Shown: in pieces, positions 38,096-48,115 of the stretch
Layout of the letters: every line of letters starts with the position of its first letter
Position numbering within the stretch: the first letter of the stretch is position 1
From: an uncultured virus (IMG/VR IMGVR_UViG_3300035423_000032)
Lineage: Duplodnaviria > Heunggongvirae > Uroviricota > Caudoviricetes
Virus record (IMG/VR): IMGVR_UViG_3300035423_000032
Span: 1-64,000 of that record
Strand: one strand, 5' to 3'
Length of the DNA: 64,000 nt
Made by a program: the position numbers and the translations under genes
Notes under the pieces: generated by a model
The model's input: the letters and a program-made list of their open reading frames with translations, nothing else
What the model was told of the DNA's origin: nothing
Databases searched by the model: none

Positions 38096-38218
38096 ACTGA
38101 ACCTCGCTCTGCGCTATCGCTTGGGCGGTGGTCGCAATTACCTTTCGGCTTGTAATGCCCCCCCCCGTCGGGCTTATGTCGATTTTAATGTACTGATTTT
38201 GTTTCATTCTTTTACGCT

Positions 38219-39275
38219 TTAATATTTAATAAAGTCCTTACCAAAAACCTTGTTAATTTCGTCAATGCAGTGCGCCATTCCCAAGCCGCCACCTGCGGGT
38301 TTCCAAAAGCCGTCCGAATCATACGCTCCGCCATCCATGCAATATTCATACTGACGCGGGTGAGTGCGCTTTAATCGCTGAAAACGCCCCTCACCTTTTT
38401 CCTCATACGCCCCGAACGCACAGTAGACGCACCCGGTTCTATGACAACCAGTAGTACAAAGTTTGCCACAGCCGTCGCATAGCGTACTGCCGTACAAATT
38501 GCCGTCCGCCCCACGCGTTACAACTTCGCCGTAAACGCTTGCTATCGGCAAATCGTAACGCTTTATGTATTCTAAAACGTCTTGTTCAGTCCAAAAGCTC
38601 ATCGGTTTGCTCTTTGGCTTTTTGCTATTGAATGCGTTGCAGCCAGACTGTAACCAAGCCGTGCGTCTTAACATACTTTCTTCGGTCATTGTTGCCAGTA
38701 TCGGCTTTTTCTTTAAATGACTTAATGGCTTTTTCTTCATTTCGCCGCAACAGCGGTGTGAAATCAAGAAGTCCATATCAAGCAAGGGTTTCCACTTTGA
38801 GAAGTCGTACCTTTTGCTAAAGAAACCCCCAGTCCCCAACAGTTGCCTTACTCTGACCGGGTAATTCTCCTGTGAGTTCGTAGTAGTGCTTGAAATAGCT
38901 GCCCCCCCCCGCAATACAAAGTCTGGAATTATAAACACGCTCCGCAACTTCCTTGCCTATAAAGGGGTATCCGTATGTTTTTATAACTTCGTCAAAACGC
39001 ATTTTAGGGCGCATAACTGTCACATTATCAAACGACTTTGCAAACTGTCTTACTTCGGGGTATTCAAGCCCAGTATCGCAGAATACAGCCTCTACGTCGG
39101 GAAATATTCTACGCGCTATATGTAAAAGCACTGTGCTATCTTTGCCGCCAGAAAAGGACACATAAACCTGCCCTTTAAATTTGAAGTACCATTCCATTAT
39201 TCGTGTTTGCGTTATTGCAACCTTACGGTGAAACGGCGCGGCTTGTAATTCTTTAAGAAGTTCTATTGTAGGCAT
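38219..39275 (-). pseudogene. PAPS reductase-family (PP-loop) protein split by a frameshift at a G9 tract
   Basis: SFSGGKDS and DTGLEYPE in 38817-39275; CC..MKK, PMSFWTEQD and RTGC..C in 38219-38947; G8 restores the frame. Confidence 0.8.
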
Positions 39276-39278
39276 TCT

Positions 39279-39719
39279 CTATCCTTTTGGTTTGTCACCC
39301 TCGCTCGGAATTGAAATTCCAAGTTTCTCAAAATAAAACTCTACTTTATGGGGATTTGGCACCACCAGTCCAAATCTGACCGCATTCTTGTATGTAACGC
39401 TGTCGCGCATTAAAACGCTCGGAAACCGCTCTATGTTTTTGCGGAAATTCTCCAAAGTTGAACTTCCTTTATAATGGTTGCAACTGCGACAAGCGGGCAA
39501 ATAATTTGACATTACGTCTAATTCTTCAGCGGTCTTGTGTTGGCGGTAACAATCAAAGCACCGTGCCATAGGCACAATGTGGTCAACCTGCATATCTTTT
39601 AAGGCGATTTCACAACCGCAGTAAGCACAGTGTCCGCCACATTTGTCGTAAACTTCCTGACGTTCCGACTTTGTTAATTGCTTGCGCTTGGGTGGATTGT
39701 AATCGTTTATGATAGGCAT
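39279..39719 (-). CDS. HNH endonuclease
   Basis: CAYCG...VDHIVP...N..PACRSCN..K. Confidence 0.9.
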   Translation of the reverse strand: MPIINDYNPPKRKQLTKSERQEVYDKCGGHCAYCGCEIALKDMQVDHIVPMARCFDCYRQHKTAEELDVMSNYLPACRSCNHYKGSSTLENFRKNIERFPSVLMRDSVTYKNAVRFGLVVPNPHKVEFYFEKLGISIPSEGDKPKG

Positions 39720-40427
39720 TACTTACCCTCTTTTAATGCTTGGATAGTTTTCTCGCATTCTTCTCTCGTTTTATACAAGTCACAACCTTGAATCTTGTGA
39801 GAGTCGCTCCCTTTCTTATCTTTTACCCATGCACAAGTAATAAGTTCGTAGCTAAAATCACTATCATGCTTAATAACTATTGAGCCATCGCTGTATTTTT
39901 TAATATGAGCGTCAATTTGTGTTACCGTCGCTTCCACAATCTCATATTCTCTTTCGCCTAACACTGTTCCATAACCATTGCAAGTAGGACAATTAAGCTC
40001 GCAATCTAACGTCGCATTATTAGCACTTTCAACTTTCGCCTTGACTTTTTTGTTGCCGTTACAGGTAGGACAAACGACACGTTTTTGTCACGTCCTTACG
40101 GTAATAGACAGTATCGCCAATATCAAAAGCTAAACCGAGTTCCGTAAACCATTTTGCTTTGAGTTTTTCATATTGAACTTCTTCGGATTTGGCAAGTTCA
40201 GATTCGCGCTCTTGCAATTTGAGTTCCTTTTCCCTTAAAGATTTCTCGCGCTCATTTAATAGTTTTTCTACTCTTGCATTGTTTTCGCTTGCACCTTGAA
40301 TATTCTTATATTCATTTACAAATGCTTTGCGTAAAAATTCTTCAAACTTGCCAGAAGCCTTGTCTATGATTTCTTCAACTTCTGGATAATTCGGTTCTTT
40401 TTCATAATCATAATCGCAATAACTCAT
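39719..40427 (-). pseudogene. Coiled-coil + DnaJ-type Zn-finger protein, frameshifted at an A5 run
   Basis: Removing one A at 40082-40086 joins 40059-40427 to KRVVCPTCNG...CPTCNGYG and to 39719-39964. Confidence 0.7.
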
Positions 40428-40816
40428 TATTTGTTCCCCTTTAATTCTTTTAAGCGTGCTTCAGCTTGGTCCTTTTCGGTAAAAACTGATTTACCGAAGT
40501 CTTCAAGCCTGAATGAGCGCAAACTGTTTGACGATGCCGTTTTTGCATTTTGACAGTCTATAAATAAAATCTTTCTTCCGTCACAATGGAAACCCCAGCA
40601 TTCAAGTTCTTCAATTTGCCACTTCCCGAAGACCTTTTTATGGGTGTAAAGCGTATCGTGAATCGCGCACGGCAATTCAAACGCTTGTCCGTTTTCGAGC
40701 TTGTCTTCTAACTCTGCAAGACGATTACAAATATCTGCATTGTCAACCCCTTCTTCGGGTTCTGCATATTCGCCTTTATAATCTGTCGTTACTCTATATC
40801 TTGTTAATCTTTCCAT
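40427..40816 (-). CDS. Conserved phage hypothetical protein
   Basis: MERLT...RLAELED...LPC...FGKSVF...AE..L pattern. Confidence 0.75.
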   Translation of the reverse strand: MERLTRYRVTTDYKGEYAEPEEGVDNADICNRLAELEDKLENGQAFELPCAIHDTLYTHKKVFGKWQIEELECWGFHCDGRKILFIDCQNAKTASSNSLRSFRLEDFGKSVFTEKDQAEARLKELKGNK

Positions 40817-40833
40817 AATTACCTCTATCGCTT

Positions 40834-41292
40834 TTAGAATGGAATATCGCCGTCCGGGTCGGGTTCGTAGTCCGCGCTCTTACCGCTTAAACCGCCGTCC
40901 ATAATCGGCATTGTTCCGTCCCCGCGTGCGATTATTTGAATGAATTCGAGTTTTACCTCGTAATAGTTCCGTTTATGTCCCGTGGCTTGCGATATGTACG
41001 ACGACTTGTCTAAAACGCCGTAAACAAACACAGTATCAAACTCTTTAAGTTGACTTACAACCGCCGCCAGCGGGTGGTTATCCCATAGTCCAAAGTTCAT
41101 TAACTGTCGTTGCCACTTGTCTTCTTCGAGCTTGCGGGATGCGCCGTTCGCTCTAAAAACGAGCTTGTGCGCATTTGTGTATGCGCTCGGTTCAGATATT
41201 GTCAGGACGTCGCCGTTTTGGTTGCTAAGCACCGTTCCAACGCCCATAACAATCGTTCTGCGCCACTTGTCTTTATGTTTTATGAAGGACAT
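40834..41292 (-). CDS. Divergent single-stranded DNA-binding protein
   Basis: OB-fold-like; acidic tail ending DIPF. Confidence 0.65.
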   Translation of the reverse strand: MSFIKHKDKWRRTIVMGVGTVLSNQNGDVLTISEPSAYTNAHKLVFRANGASRKLEEDKWQRQLMNFGLWDNHPLAAVVSQLKEFDTVFVYGVLDKSSYISQATGHKRNYYEVKLEFIQIIARGDGTMPIMDGGLSGKSADYEPDPDGDIPF

Positions 41293-42098
41293 TACTGCGT
41301 GTCCTCTGCCAACCCTGCGGTCTGCATAATGTTAAGCGACTTCGCGGGGTTTTCTTTATACTTTTTTTGTATCCAGTACTTTTCTCTTTCGAGAATGTTC
41401 TCACCTTTGGGGACAATCTCTATTACTTCAAATTGATAGTCAAGAATTCCCTTAATATTGAACCTTTCGGTTTTAAGGTGCTGCGCCCACCTGAATACTG
41501 GCGCATATATTGTTTGCCCGACATAAAATTCGCCAGTCGTCTTTTTGGTTATAAGGTATATGTATCCAGCCACTTGCTCGGTAAACATATCTCTTGTAAC
41601 ATAAAATTCCTTATCATCATCGGGTCTTATTCGGGCGAGTTCTTCTTGCTCGTATTTCCACTTGCACCCTTCACTGCAAAACTGCTTTTTTCTGTATTCC
41701 TCTATACCGAAAAACCTGTGTTTGATTTCGTAATTACCAAACTCAATTTTATTTTTCAAGTATGTTGTAATCGTGTGTCCACATTGTGCACAGGTGAAGG
41801 TGTGCTTTTGGAAATACCGCTCGGTATCGTAGCAATGCTCACCGATAACAATACAGTAAAGGTCGCCCGCCTTCATCTTGTCTTTGCGGTAAGCAAAAGC
41901 AATTTTCTCGCCGTACTCAGCTCTTATAATCTCTTTAAACTGGTCGCGGCTATCGCACACTTTACAATCCATAACCAGTTCAGTGTTCTCAGCCTTGCTG
42001 GTTGAAGAAAAGATACCGAAATTCATATCGTTTTCGCGGTTCTTTTTTGCGGTTTCTTCGTCCGCTACTTCGTAAATTCTATATAAGATTTCAAGCAT
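41292..42098 (-). CDS. Zn-finger + GIY-YIG nuclease protein
   Basis: CAQC...FCS..C; GYIYLI...FYVGQT...RW.QH...E..WI. Confidence 0.8.
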   Translation of the reverse strand: MLEILYRIYEVADEETAKKNRENDMNFGIFSSTSKAENTELVMDCKVCDSRDQFKEIIRAEYGEKIAFAYRKDKMKAGDLYCIVIGEHCYDTERYFQKHTFTCAQCGHTITTYLKNKIEFGNYEIKHRFFGIEEYRKKQFCSEGCKWKYEQEELARIRPDDDKEFYVTRDMFTEQVAGYIYLITKKTTGEFYVGQTIYAPVFRWAQHLKTERFNIKGILDYQFEVIEIVPKGENILEREKYWIQKKYKENPAKSLNIMQTAGLAEDTQ

Positions 42099-42990
42099 TC
42101 TTTTTCTTCCTTTCGATAAGCATTGAAACCAGCGCGTCAGTACATTTTGTGATTACGGTTGCCGCAGATTCGCCGCCCTTAAATGCTGCCTGCGCCCACC
42201 ATTTAATTTCGGACTTATCTATTCCTACCGAGTTAAAGAATTTTATAGCGAGCGTATATACGTCGTCTAAGGACATTTCCTTGACTTTGTGTTTTAATTG
42301 GAAACGCCTTATTAAAGCGTCGTCCAGCGAATCGTAGCGGTTGGTTGTGCCGATAATGATTACGCCATTTTTCAAGGTGTCAAGTTCCTGCATAATGGCA
42401 ATAGTAACGCGCCCCATTTCCGCTACGTCGTCCCTTGCACCCCTTTTCATTCCGACAGCATCTATCTCGTCAAAGCAAAGCACGCAGGGTGCAGTTCTCG
42501 CATAATCAAATATTTTCGCAATGCTGTTTTGTGTGCTGCCAAGTGTCGACGTTATAAGATTTGAGAATTTGACATAAACGAAAGGCAGATCCGCCTTGTA
42601 TGCTATGTACCGTGCTAACGCCGTTTTTCCTGTACCACTTTCGCCGTGAAGTAAGAGCGACGGCACATATCTGACGTTAAGGTCTGCAAGCTCATTTGAA
42701 ACTTCGTAAGCGTCCAAAAGCTGTTTTACTACCATTTCTTCGCCTTCTCTCAAGATAAAGCGATTTATAGGGAAAAGCGCACTGTTTTCCGCAGTCAAAA
42801 GTCCACGCATATTATACGGCAATTCTATAAGTTCGGCTTGTTTAGTATTCAATTTTTTAAGTTGATATTCCTTAAATCTCTTATCTTTTTCGGTATTCAA
42901 ACTCTCTAAAATTGTCCGCACCTGCGCTTGCGACTTTTTTATGTCGCCGTCGCAGATATATTCAATTAAAAGTCTTTCTGCGTCGTTCAT
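42091..42990 (-). CDS. AAA+ ATPase
   Basis: GESGTGKT, CFDEID, TTN...LD.AL.RRF. Confidence 0.92.
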   Translation of the reverse strand: MNDAERLLIEYICDGDIKKSQAQVRTILESLNTEKDKRFKEYQLKKLNTKQAELIELPYNMRGLLTAENSALFPINRFILREGEEMVVKQLLDAYEVSNELADLNVRYVPSLLLHGESGTGKTALARYIAYKADLPFVYVKFSNLITSTLGSTQNSIAKIFDYARTAPCVLCFDEIDAVGMKRGARDDVAEMGRVTIAIMQELDTLKNGVIIIGTTNRYDSLDDALIRRFQLKHKVKEMSLDDVYTLAIKFFNSVGIDKSEIKWWAQAAFKGGESAATVITKCTDALVSMLIERKKKNA

Positions 42991-43004
42991 ATTTACCTCT
43001 CTTT

Positions 43005-43412
43005 TTAGAATGGAATATCTTCGTCGTCATCGTCAGTTTCCGTCGGCTGTGCCTTATAAATCGTCTTTCCAAGTTCGTCAAGCGCGAATACTTGGGGAAG
43101 AATTAAGTCACACACAACCTTTTCGTAGGTCTTGCCGTTATACTCTGTTTTTTCGAGTGCGCCCATTAAAAATACGGTGTCGCCCTTTTTAAACGATGCC
43201 GCAAAGTCGGCAAGTTCTCGCCAACAGGTGCATGATACGAATTCTGTTTTAGAACCGCCGTCTTCATCCTTTGAATAGCCAGCAGATATGCTGAATGACG
43301 TACACGAAATGGCGTTATTGCCAACTTTTTTGTACGAAGGGTCTTTCACTATTCTTCCGCTTGCAAGCACATAGGTTACGCCGTTTTCGTACTCTTGTTT
43401 TATAATCGCCAT
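43005..43412 (-). CDS. ssb: Single-stranded DNA-binding protein
   Basis: GRIVKDP, TEFVSC..W, KGD.V...G.L; tail DDEDIPF. Confidence 0.85.
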   Translation of the reverse strand: MAIIKQEYENGVTYVLASGRIVKDPSYKKVGNNAISCTSFSISAGYSKDEDGGSKTEFVSCTCWRELADFAASFKKGDTVFLMGALEKTEYNGKTYEKVVCDLILPQVFALDELGKTIYKAQPTETDDDDEDIPF

Positions 43413-43765
43413 TAAATCATTCCCCTATATAATCCGTTCATTTTTAAACGTCTTAACATAGCCGTTTGTTTTTTAGTCATACCGCTCTTGCCGAACATAT
43501 AATGGCAGTTCCATACCATTACTGCGCCACAAATCGAAAGTAGCCATTCGGGGTAATCATTGATATGTCGTCTTCCTTTTTGAGCGAGCTTTTCGGGTGA
43601 AATGTTCAGCTTTTTACAGCAAAGTTCTTCCGCTTTTCTCTGGTGCGACGGTACCGCATATACAACCGTTCCGTCTTCCAAAATCAGCACTTCAAGATAG
43701 TCTATAAATCTTTGCTTGTGCTTTTTTATATCAAATTCCGAATGAAGTCCATATTCTTCAGCCAT
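43412..43765 (-). CDS. Conserved hypothetical protein
   Basis: YLEV.I..DG.V.YAVPSHQ. Confidence 0.7.
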   Translation of the reverse strand: MAEEYGLHSEFDIKKHKQRFIDYLEVLILEDGTVVYAVPSHQRKAEELCCKKLNISPEKLAQKGRRHINDYPEWLLSICGAVMVWNCHYMFGKSGMTKKQTAMLRRLKMNGLYRGMI

Positions 43766-44118
43766 TCCGAATCTCCCGAATATCTGTTCCTTATTGTTTT
43801 AATTTTGCGTTTTAAGTTCTTTATGCGCCGTCTTATCCAGCCGGGACGAGCCTTATGGTATCGCCAACTTTGCAAGGCTCTTAATCGCCTTTCTGCATAA
43901 ATAAGCGTAAACGTGTCCGCTGTCTTCTTATCAAATAATGCCCTGCCACCCATTTTCAACTTCGGATAAACGAATCCGCACCCAGTTCTATCGGGACCTG
44001 TCCCCAAATCAACCCCTACGAAAAGCGGTTTTGTGTTGACCGCCATTAACGCGCCACTGAATTCTTGAGTATTGCCGTTACTATCAGTTAAAAATATCTT
44101 GGATTCGTTGTTGTTCAC
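43726..44118 (-). CDS. Hypothetical protein
   Basis: Overlap packing. Confidence 0.55.
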   Translation of the reverse strand: MNNNESKIFLTDSNGNTQEFSGALMAVNTKPLFVGVDLGTGPDRTGCGFVYPKLKMGGRALFDKKTADTFTLIYAERRLRALQSWRYHKARPGWIRRRIKNLKRKIKTIRNRYSGDSEWLKNMDFIRNLI

Positions 44119-44857
44119 TGTACCTTACCTCTATTCTCTCTTTTGCCGTGTTGAAACTCTCAGGGTCTTTATCAATGCCGATAAAGTTTCTGTCCGTATT
44201 CCGCGCCGCTACGCCCGCTGAGCCACTTCCCATACAGTTGTCGAGCACTGTCATTCCCTTGTTGGTGTAGGTCTTTATGAGCCATTCACAGAGTGCTACG
44301 GGCTTTTCTGTTGAGTGTTGTGCCTTACTGGGGTGCGGTTTAGCTACTTCCAGAATACTCGTCGGGTATTTGTCGGTTGAACCTGCCCTATCGTTCGCGG
44401 GCGCACCGTATTTGCCGTAGTTGTTGTTGGTCTGTGCTTTGGTCTTATACTTGGTGCCTTTACTGTGCAGGGGCTGTCCCTTGGTGAATTGCGGATTGTA
44501 CACGGGCGGTTTCTTATAAAATATTGCAACCTGTTCGTGGCGACGCATAGGCATACGCTTTGCGTTAAGGAAACCACTCGTCAACTTCTTATCCCATATC
44601 AAGTCGTATCTGAACCACTTGTAATTACTCATTGCAAGGTCTATGTAAAACTTCCCTTGGGCGAATAAAACTATGCAGCCATTGTCCTTAATAATGCGCC
44701 TATACTCTTTCCAGAGAGCCTTTAAATCAATGCGCTTGTCCTTTTTGTTTTGGGTTGTACCATAGGGCAAATCGCAGAGAATCATATCAATAGATTTATC
44801 GGGAATGCCTTTCATTACTTCAAGGCAATCGCCGAGATGCAGTTGAATTTCGCTCAT
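44084..44857 (-). CDS. N6A/N4C DNA methyltransferase (beta class)
   Basis: CDLPYG, HSTEKP and LDNCMGSGS motifs. Confidence 0.9.
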   Translation of the reverse strand: MSEIQLHLGDCLEVMKGIPDKSIDMILCDLPYGTTQNKKDKRIDLKALWKEYRRIIKDNGCIVLFAQGKFYIDLAMSNYKWFRYDLIWDKKLTSGFLNAKRMPMRRHEQVAIFYKKPPVYNPQFTKGQPLHSKGTKYKTKAQTNNNYGKYGAPANDRAGSTDKYPTSILEVAKPHPSKAQHSTEKPVALCEWLIKTYTNKGMTVLDNCMGSGSAGVAARNTDRNFIGIDKDPESFNTAKERIEVRYSEQQRIQDIFN

Positions 44858-45114
44858 TATTTTTCGCCCTCTTTTTTAAGAGAGAGTATAGCTGCCTTTA
44901 TTCTTTGGACGGTCCACCAAACACCGCGCGCCCACTCACCGTCGGGCTTTATGTTGTTTTCAATGAGTTTTGCGTCCTTATCGCTAAGGCTTGCTAAAAT
45001 CTCGTCCATAATAAGATTTTCAACTTCGTCAAGTTTGATATTTGTTGATTCGTGTACGAGTTTTACAAGCGTTTCTTCCGTAAGCGTTAATTCTATTGTT
45101 ACTTTATTTTCCAT
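44857..45114 (-). CDS. Hypothetical protein
   Basis: GGAG SD; coupled to the next gene. Confidence 0.65.
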   Translation of the reverse strand: MENKVTIELTLTEETLVKLVHESTNIKLDEVENLIMDEILASLSDKDAKLIENNIKPDGEWARGVWWTVQRIKAAILSLKKEGEK

Positions 45115-45118
45115 ACTT

Positions 45119-45838
45119 TTACTCCGTAAATAAACTAAGTTGTCCGCCTGCTTGGATATTGTTAAGTCTATCGGTTGCTACCTTGTGCCACCTTTCCGAG
45201 ATTTCAAAGCCCAGATAGTGCCTTTTTAGATTTCGGCTTGCGACAGCTGTCGTTCCGCTACCGATAAAAGGGTCGAATACCAAATCGCCTTCGCTACTGC
45301 TGTTTAATATAAAGTTTTGAATGATATGTACTGGTTTTATCGTGCTATGGTCGAACTTCTTCTTATCATTCACATTCATTGTCGTAACATAGAATGTTTT
45401 TTTGCTTTCCGAATTACCAAACAACGGTACACCCTTTTCGCGGAAGAAAAAGCAGTATTCCGTATCATTCATATACTTGTTATTGCAGGTCGGGCAGACA
45501 TTCGTTTTGTGCCAAGTGATTAAATTCCAGTTACACTTGCGTTGGATAACGAAGTATTGCAACAGCGCAGGGATTTGACTTTTACTGCACCAAATATACA
45601 GATTTATGCGGTTTAATACTCTTACGAATTCGTCGAGTATTTCCGCCTTAAAACCGTCTGATATTTCAACGTATTGTTCGTAGTGCAGGTTCTTCTTTTC
45701 ACCGAATTTACCTGCGCTATGCTTTACGCTTTGCTCATACGGCGGATCTGTTACTATTAGGTCGACGCTCTTATCGGGCAAATCTTTAATTGCTTGATAA
45801 CTGTCAACGCAGTTTATTGTGTCAAGGTCAAACTTCAA
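45119..45838 (-). CDS. N6A/N4C DNA methyltransferase (beta class)
   Basis: TDPPY, HSTIKP and DPFIGSGTT motifs; TTG start at 45838 overlaps the upstream stop. Confidence 0.9.
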   Translation of the reverse strand: MKFDLDTINCVDSYQAIKDLPDKSVDLIVTDPPYEQSVKHSAGKFGEKKNLHYEQYVEISDGFKAEILDEFVRVLNRINLYIWCSKSQIPALLQYFVIQRKCNWNLITWHKTNVCPTCNNKYMNDTEYCFFFREKGVPLFGNSESKKTFYVTTMNVNDKKKFDHSTIKPVHIIQNFILNSSSEGDLVFDPFIGSGTTAVASRNLKRHYLGFEISERWHKVATDRLNNIQAGGQLSLFTE

Positions 45839-47333
45839 GCCGCTTCCTCTGCAATTTCTTTTAAGCCTTCCATAACATAGAGAATGTTCGGTAAAGCCAT
45901 TCCGTTGCCCCACATTTTGTATTCGGGGGAATCGTTGTGTTTAATATCTTTCGCCCACCAGTCAGGCATTCCTTGTAATCGTGCGCATTCTGTCGGCGTA
46001 AGACGGCGGACTATTAACCGCGCATTAGTAATTTGGCAAATCGCATTGCCGCCTTGATTTTTTGAAGGGTCTGGCACAGAGGTATCTAAGCAACGCGCGA
46101 TTTCTGTTTTATGTATTCCGCTGTGAGGGTTCTTTGATTTCATGCTGTTGGAGGCGAGCGAATCTAACGTATAAGCCTCGCTGTAAACAACATAGTTGGG
46201 GCATTTATAGTCGCGGCTCTTTAATGTTGGTGATTTTTCTTCTTCGATTGAAAAATATGTTTCGTCTGTTCCACAGTAACAAACCGCGTGTCTGTCGATA
46301 GTATTAAGCGTGTAACTTACGCCCTCTTTTACCCCTTTACCGTTACACCCCGCCGTATCCGCACGGTCAATACAATTACCTTGAATGCAATAGACGGGAG
46401 GCTTAGCCCCTATAACCAATAACGCCCGTTCTGCACCCGTAGCACACAACGTACAGCAAGGGTCGCCATTCTTGGGGTTGCTTGCATTTGTTTTGCTGGT
46501 TATGGTTTCTTCATTGTAAACAACTACTGCGGTGTAGTCAGTGACGCGATTTTCGTGGTCGCCCGTTATTGTTGGCGCAATAGCCCCATTTCCGTTGCCT
46601 CTTGCATCGAAACATTGCCCTGAATTATGAGCGCAATTTTCAGCAACGTCGGAAGAGTCTTTCCACGTTTGACTGACCGTCTTAAAATTCCGCGACAAGC
46701 CGTTTCGCTCAAATAATATTTTGTCGGCACGTTCTCCTCTAAAATCTGCGACAAGGTAGATTCTTCTACGACGCTGGGGCACTCCCCAAAATTGAGCATC
46801 GAGCGTTCGCCACGCGAGGGAATATCCTCGACCCAATATGTATCCTGCTCTGTTCCAGCGAGTAGATTTGCCCCCCCCCGCGAAGGTCGAGGAATAACGG
46901 CTGAACCGTCTTTAACTCTGACGATTTCTTCAAGGACTGTTCGGAAGTCTTCGCCTTGGTTTGAACTGTATGCGCCGGGGACGTTTTCCCAAACAACGAA
47001 TCGAGGAAACTCATTTGCTGTTGCATTTCGCATCTCCTTAATAATTCTTATAGCTTCCATAAAAAGCCCTGACCGTTCACCGTCTAACCCTTCACGCTTA
47101 CCTGCTATTGAAAGGTCTTGGCAGGGTGAGCCAAAAGTTATTATGTCAACGGGTTCTATTTCTGCACCATTAATCTTTGTAATATCGCCAAGTTGTTTAA
47201 CCTTTGGAAATCTCTTTGCCGTTACTTCGAGTGGAAATTTTTCTATTTCTGAACTCCATACTGACTGAATTCCACAAAGCTCTGCCGCGAAACAACACGT
47301 TCCTGCGCCGTCAAATAAACTACCCATTCTCAT
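45835..47333 (-). pseudogene. C5 cytosine methyltransferase frameshifted at a G9 tract
   Basis: Motifs I SLFDGAG, IV GSPCQD and VI ENVPG before the tract; VIII QRRRRIY, IX RRLTP.EC.RLQG and X GNGM after it; G10 restores the frame. Confidence 0.88.
46566..47026 (-). pseudogene. Overlapping alternative-frame ORF resembling the M.EcoHK31I beta polypeptide, broken at the same G9
   Basis: MQQQMSFLDSLFGKTSP... joins ...GECPSVVEESTLSQILE...YYLS..AC.GILRR..KRGK.LP..L with G10. Confidence 0.6.
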
Positions 47334-47884
47334 ACTGCTAAGTCCCTCACATAAAACCAACTTTGGGGCGCAGTAAGCACCGTCCTATCGCAGTAAACTT
47401 CTTTGGTTGAAGTCCCCTGATATGCGTAGCGACAGCCTTTGCAATAAATGTCTGTGTTATAGTCGGTCTTTCCGTTTTTGCACAGGAATTCAAATTCGTT
47501 AAGTTCTTTCGGCTGTTCGTAAACAGTAAGTTCGGAAATATGCAAGCCGTAAAGATAATCTTCTTTGCCGTATGCACGCGCCTCGCTCTCGGTAAGACAA
47601 CTGCCACCCCTTGCGATAGCTTCAAAACCGCACTCGCCATAAAGAATTGTTTTGTCGCAAATAAATTCGCCAACAACCTTTCCGCGAGCCTTGTTTGTAA
47701 GAATTACGCTGGCTGCGCTCAAATCGTCGCAGAGAGTAATATCAAACTTACTGCTCGTAACGTAAATGTAAACCTTAAAAGGTCCGTTAATGTGCGGTAT
47801 TCTTTTGCGGATCTCAACTGTCTTTAAACCGCGTAATATAAGTTCTACCCACTTGGGTTGAATTGCTATTAAAATCGCTTTCGC
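47330..47884 (-). CDS. ASCH-domain protein (start codon appears as GCG)
   Basis: Frame extends upstream of the track ORF as KAILIAIQPKWVELILRGLKTVEIRK (ASCH G.K..E.R motif). Confidence 0.75.
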   Translation of the reverse strand, partial: AKAILIAIQPKWVELILRGLKTVEIRKRIPHINGPFKVYIYVTSSKFDITLCDDLSAASVILTNKARGKVVGEFICDKTILYGECGFEAIARGGSCLTESEARAYGKEDYLYGLHISELTVYEQPKELNEFEFLCKNGKTDYNTDIYCKGCRYAYQGTSTKEVYCDRTVLTAPQSWFYVRDLAV

Positions 47885-48114
47885 TTTCTACCTCTATAAA
47901 GTCGGCTCTTTCTTTGCTTTTTTGTTTCCAGTACTAATGGGCAATCGAATTCGCGCCCATTGTCGTTCGGCAGCGCGGTTTCCCTACCTGTTAAGCAACA
48001 ACCATAGATTAAATCACTATCTTTATCAAGTTCGTTTACCTTTCTATGATAGGCAAAATCGCATCCTGTACAGGTAGTTGGAATCTCGTCAACTATTACC
48101 GATAAAACTTTCAC
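47869..48114 (-). CDS. Cys-rich hypothetical protein
   Basis: P..C..C.F...C...R...CPL. Confidence 0.65.
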   Translation of the reverse strand: MKVLSVIVDEIPTTCTGCDFAYHRKVNELDKDSDLIYGCCLTGRETALPNDNGREFDCPLVLETKKQRKSRLYRGRKRKRF

Positions 48115-48115
48115 C

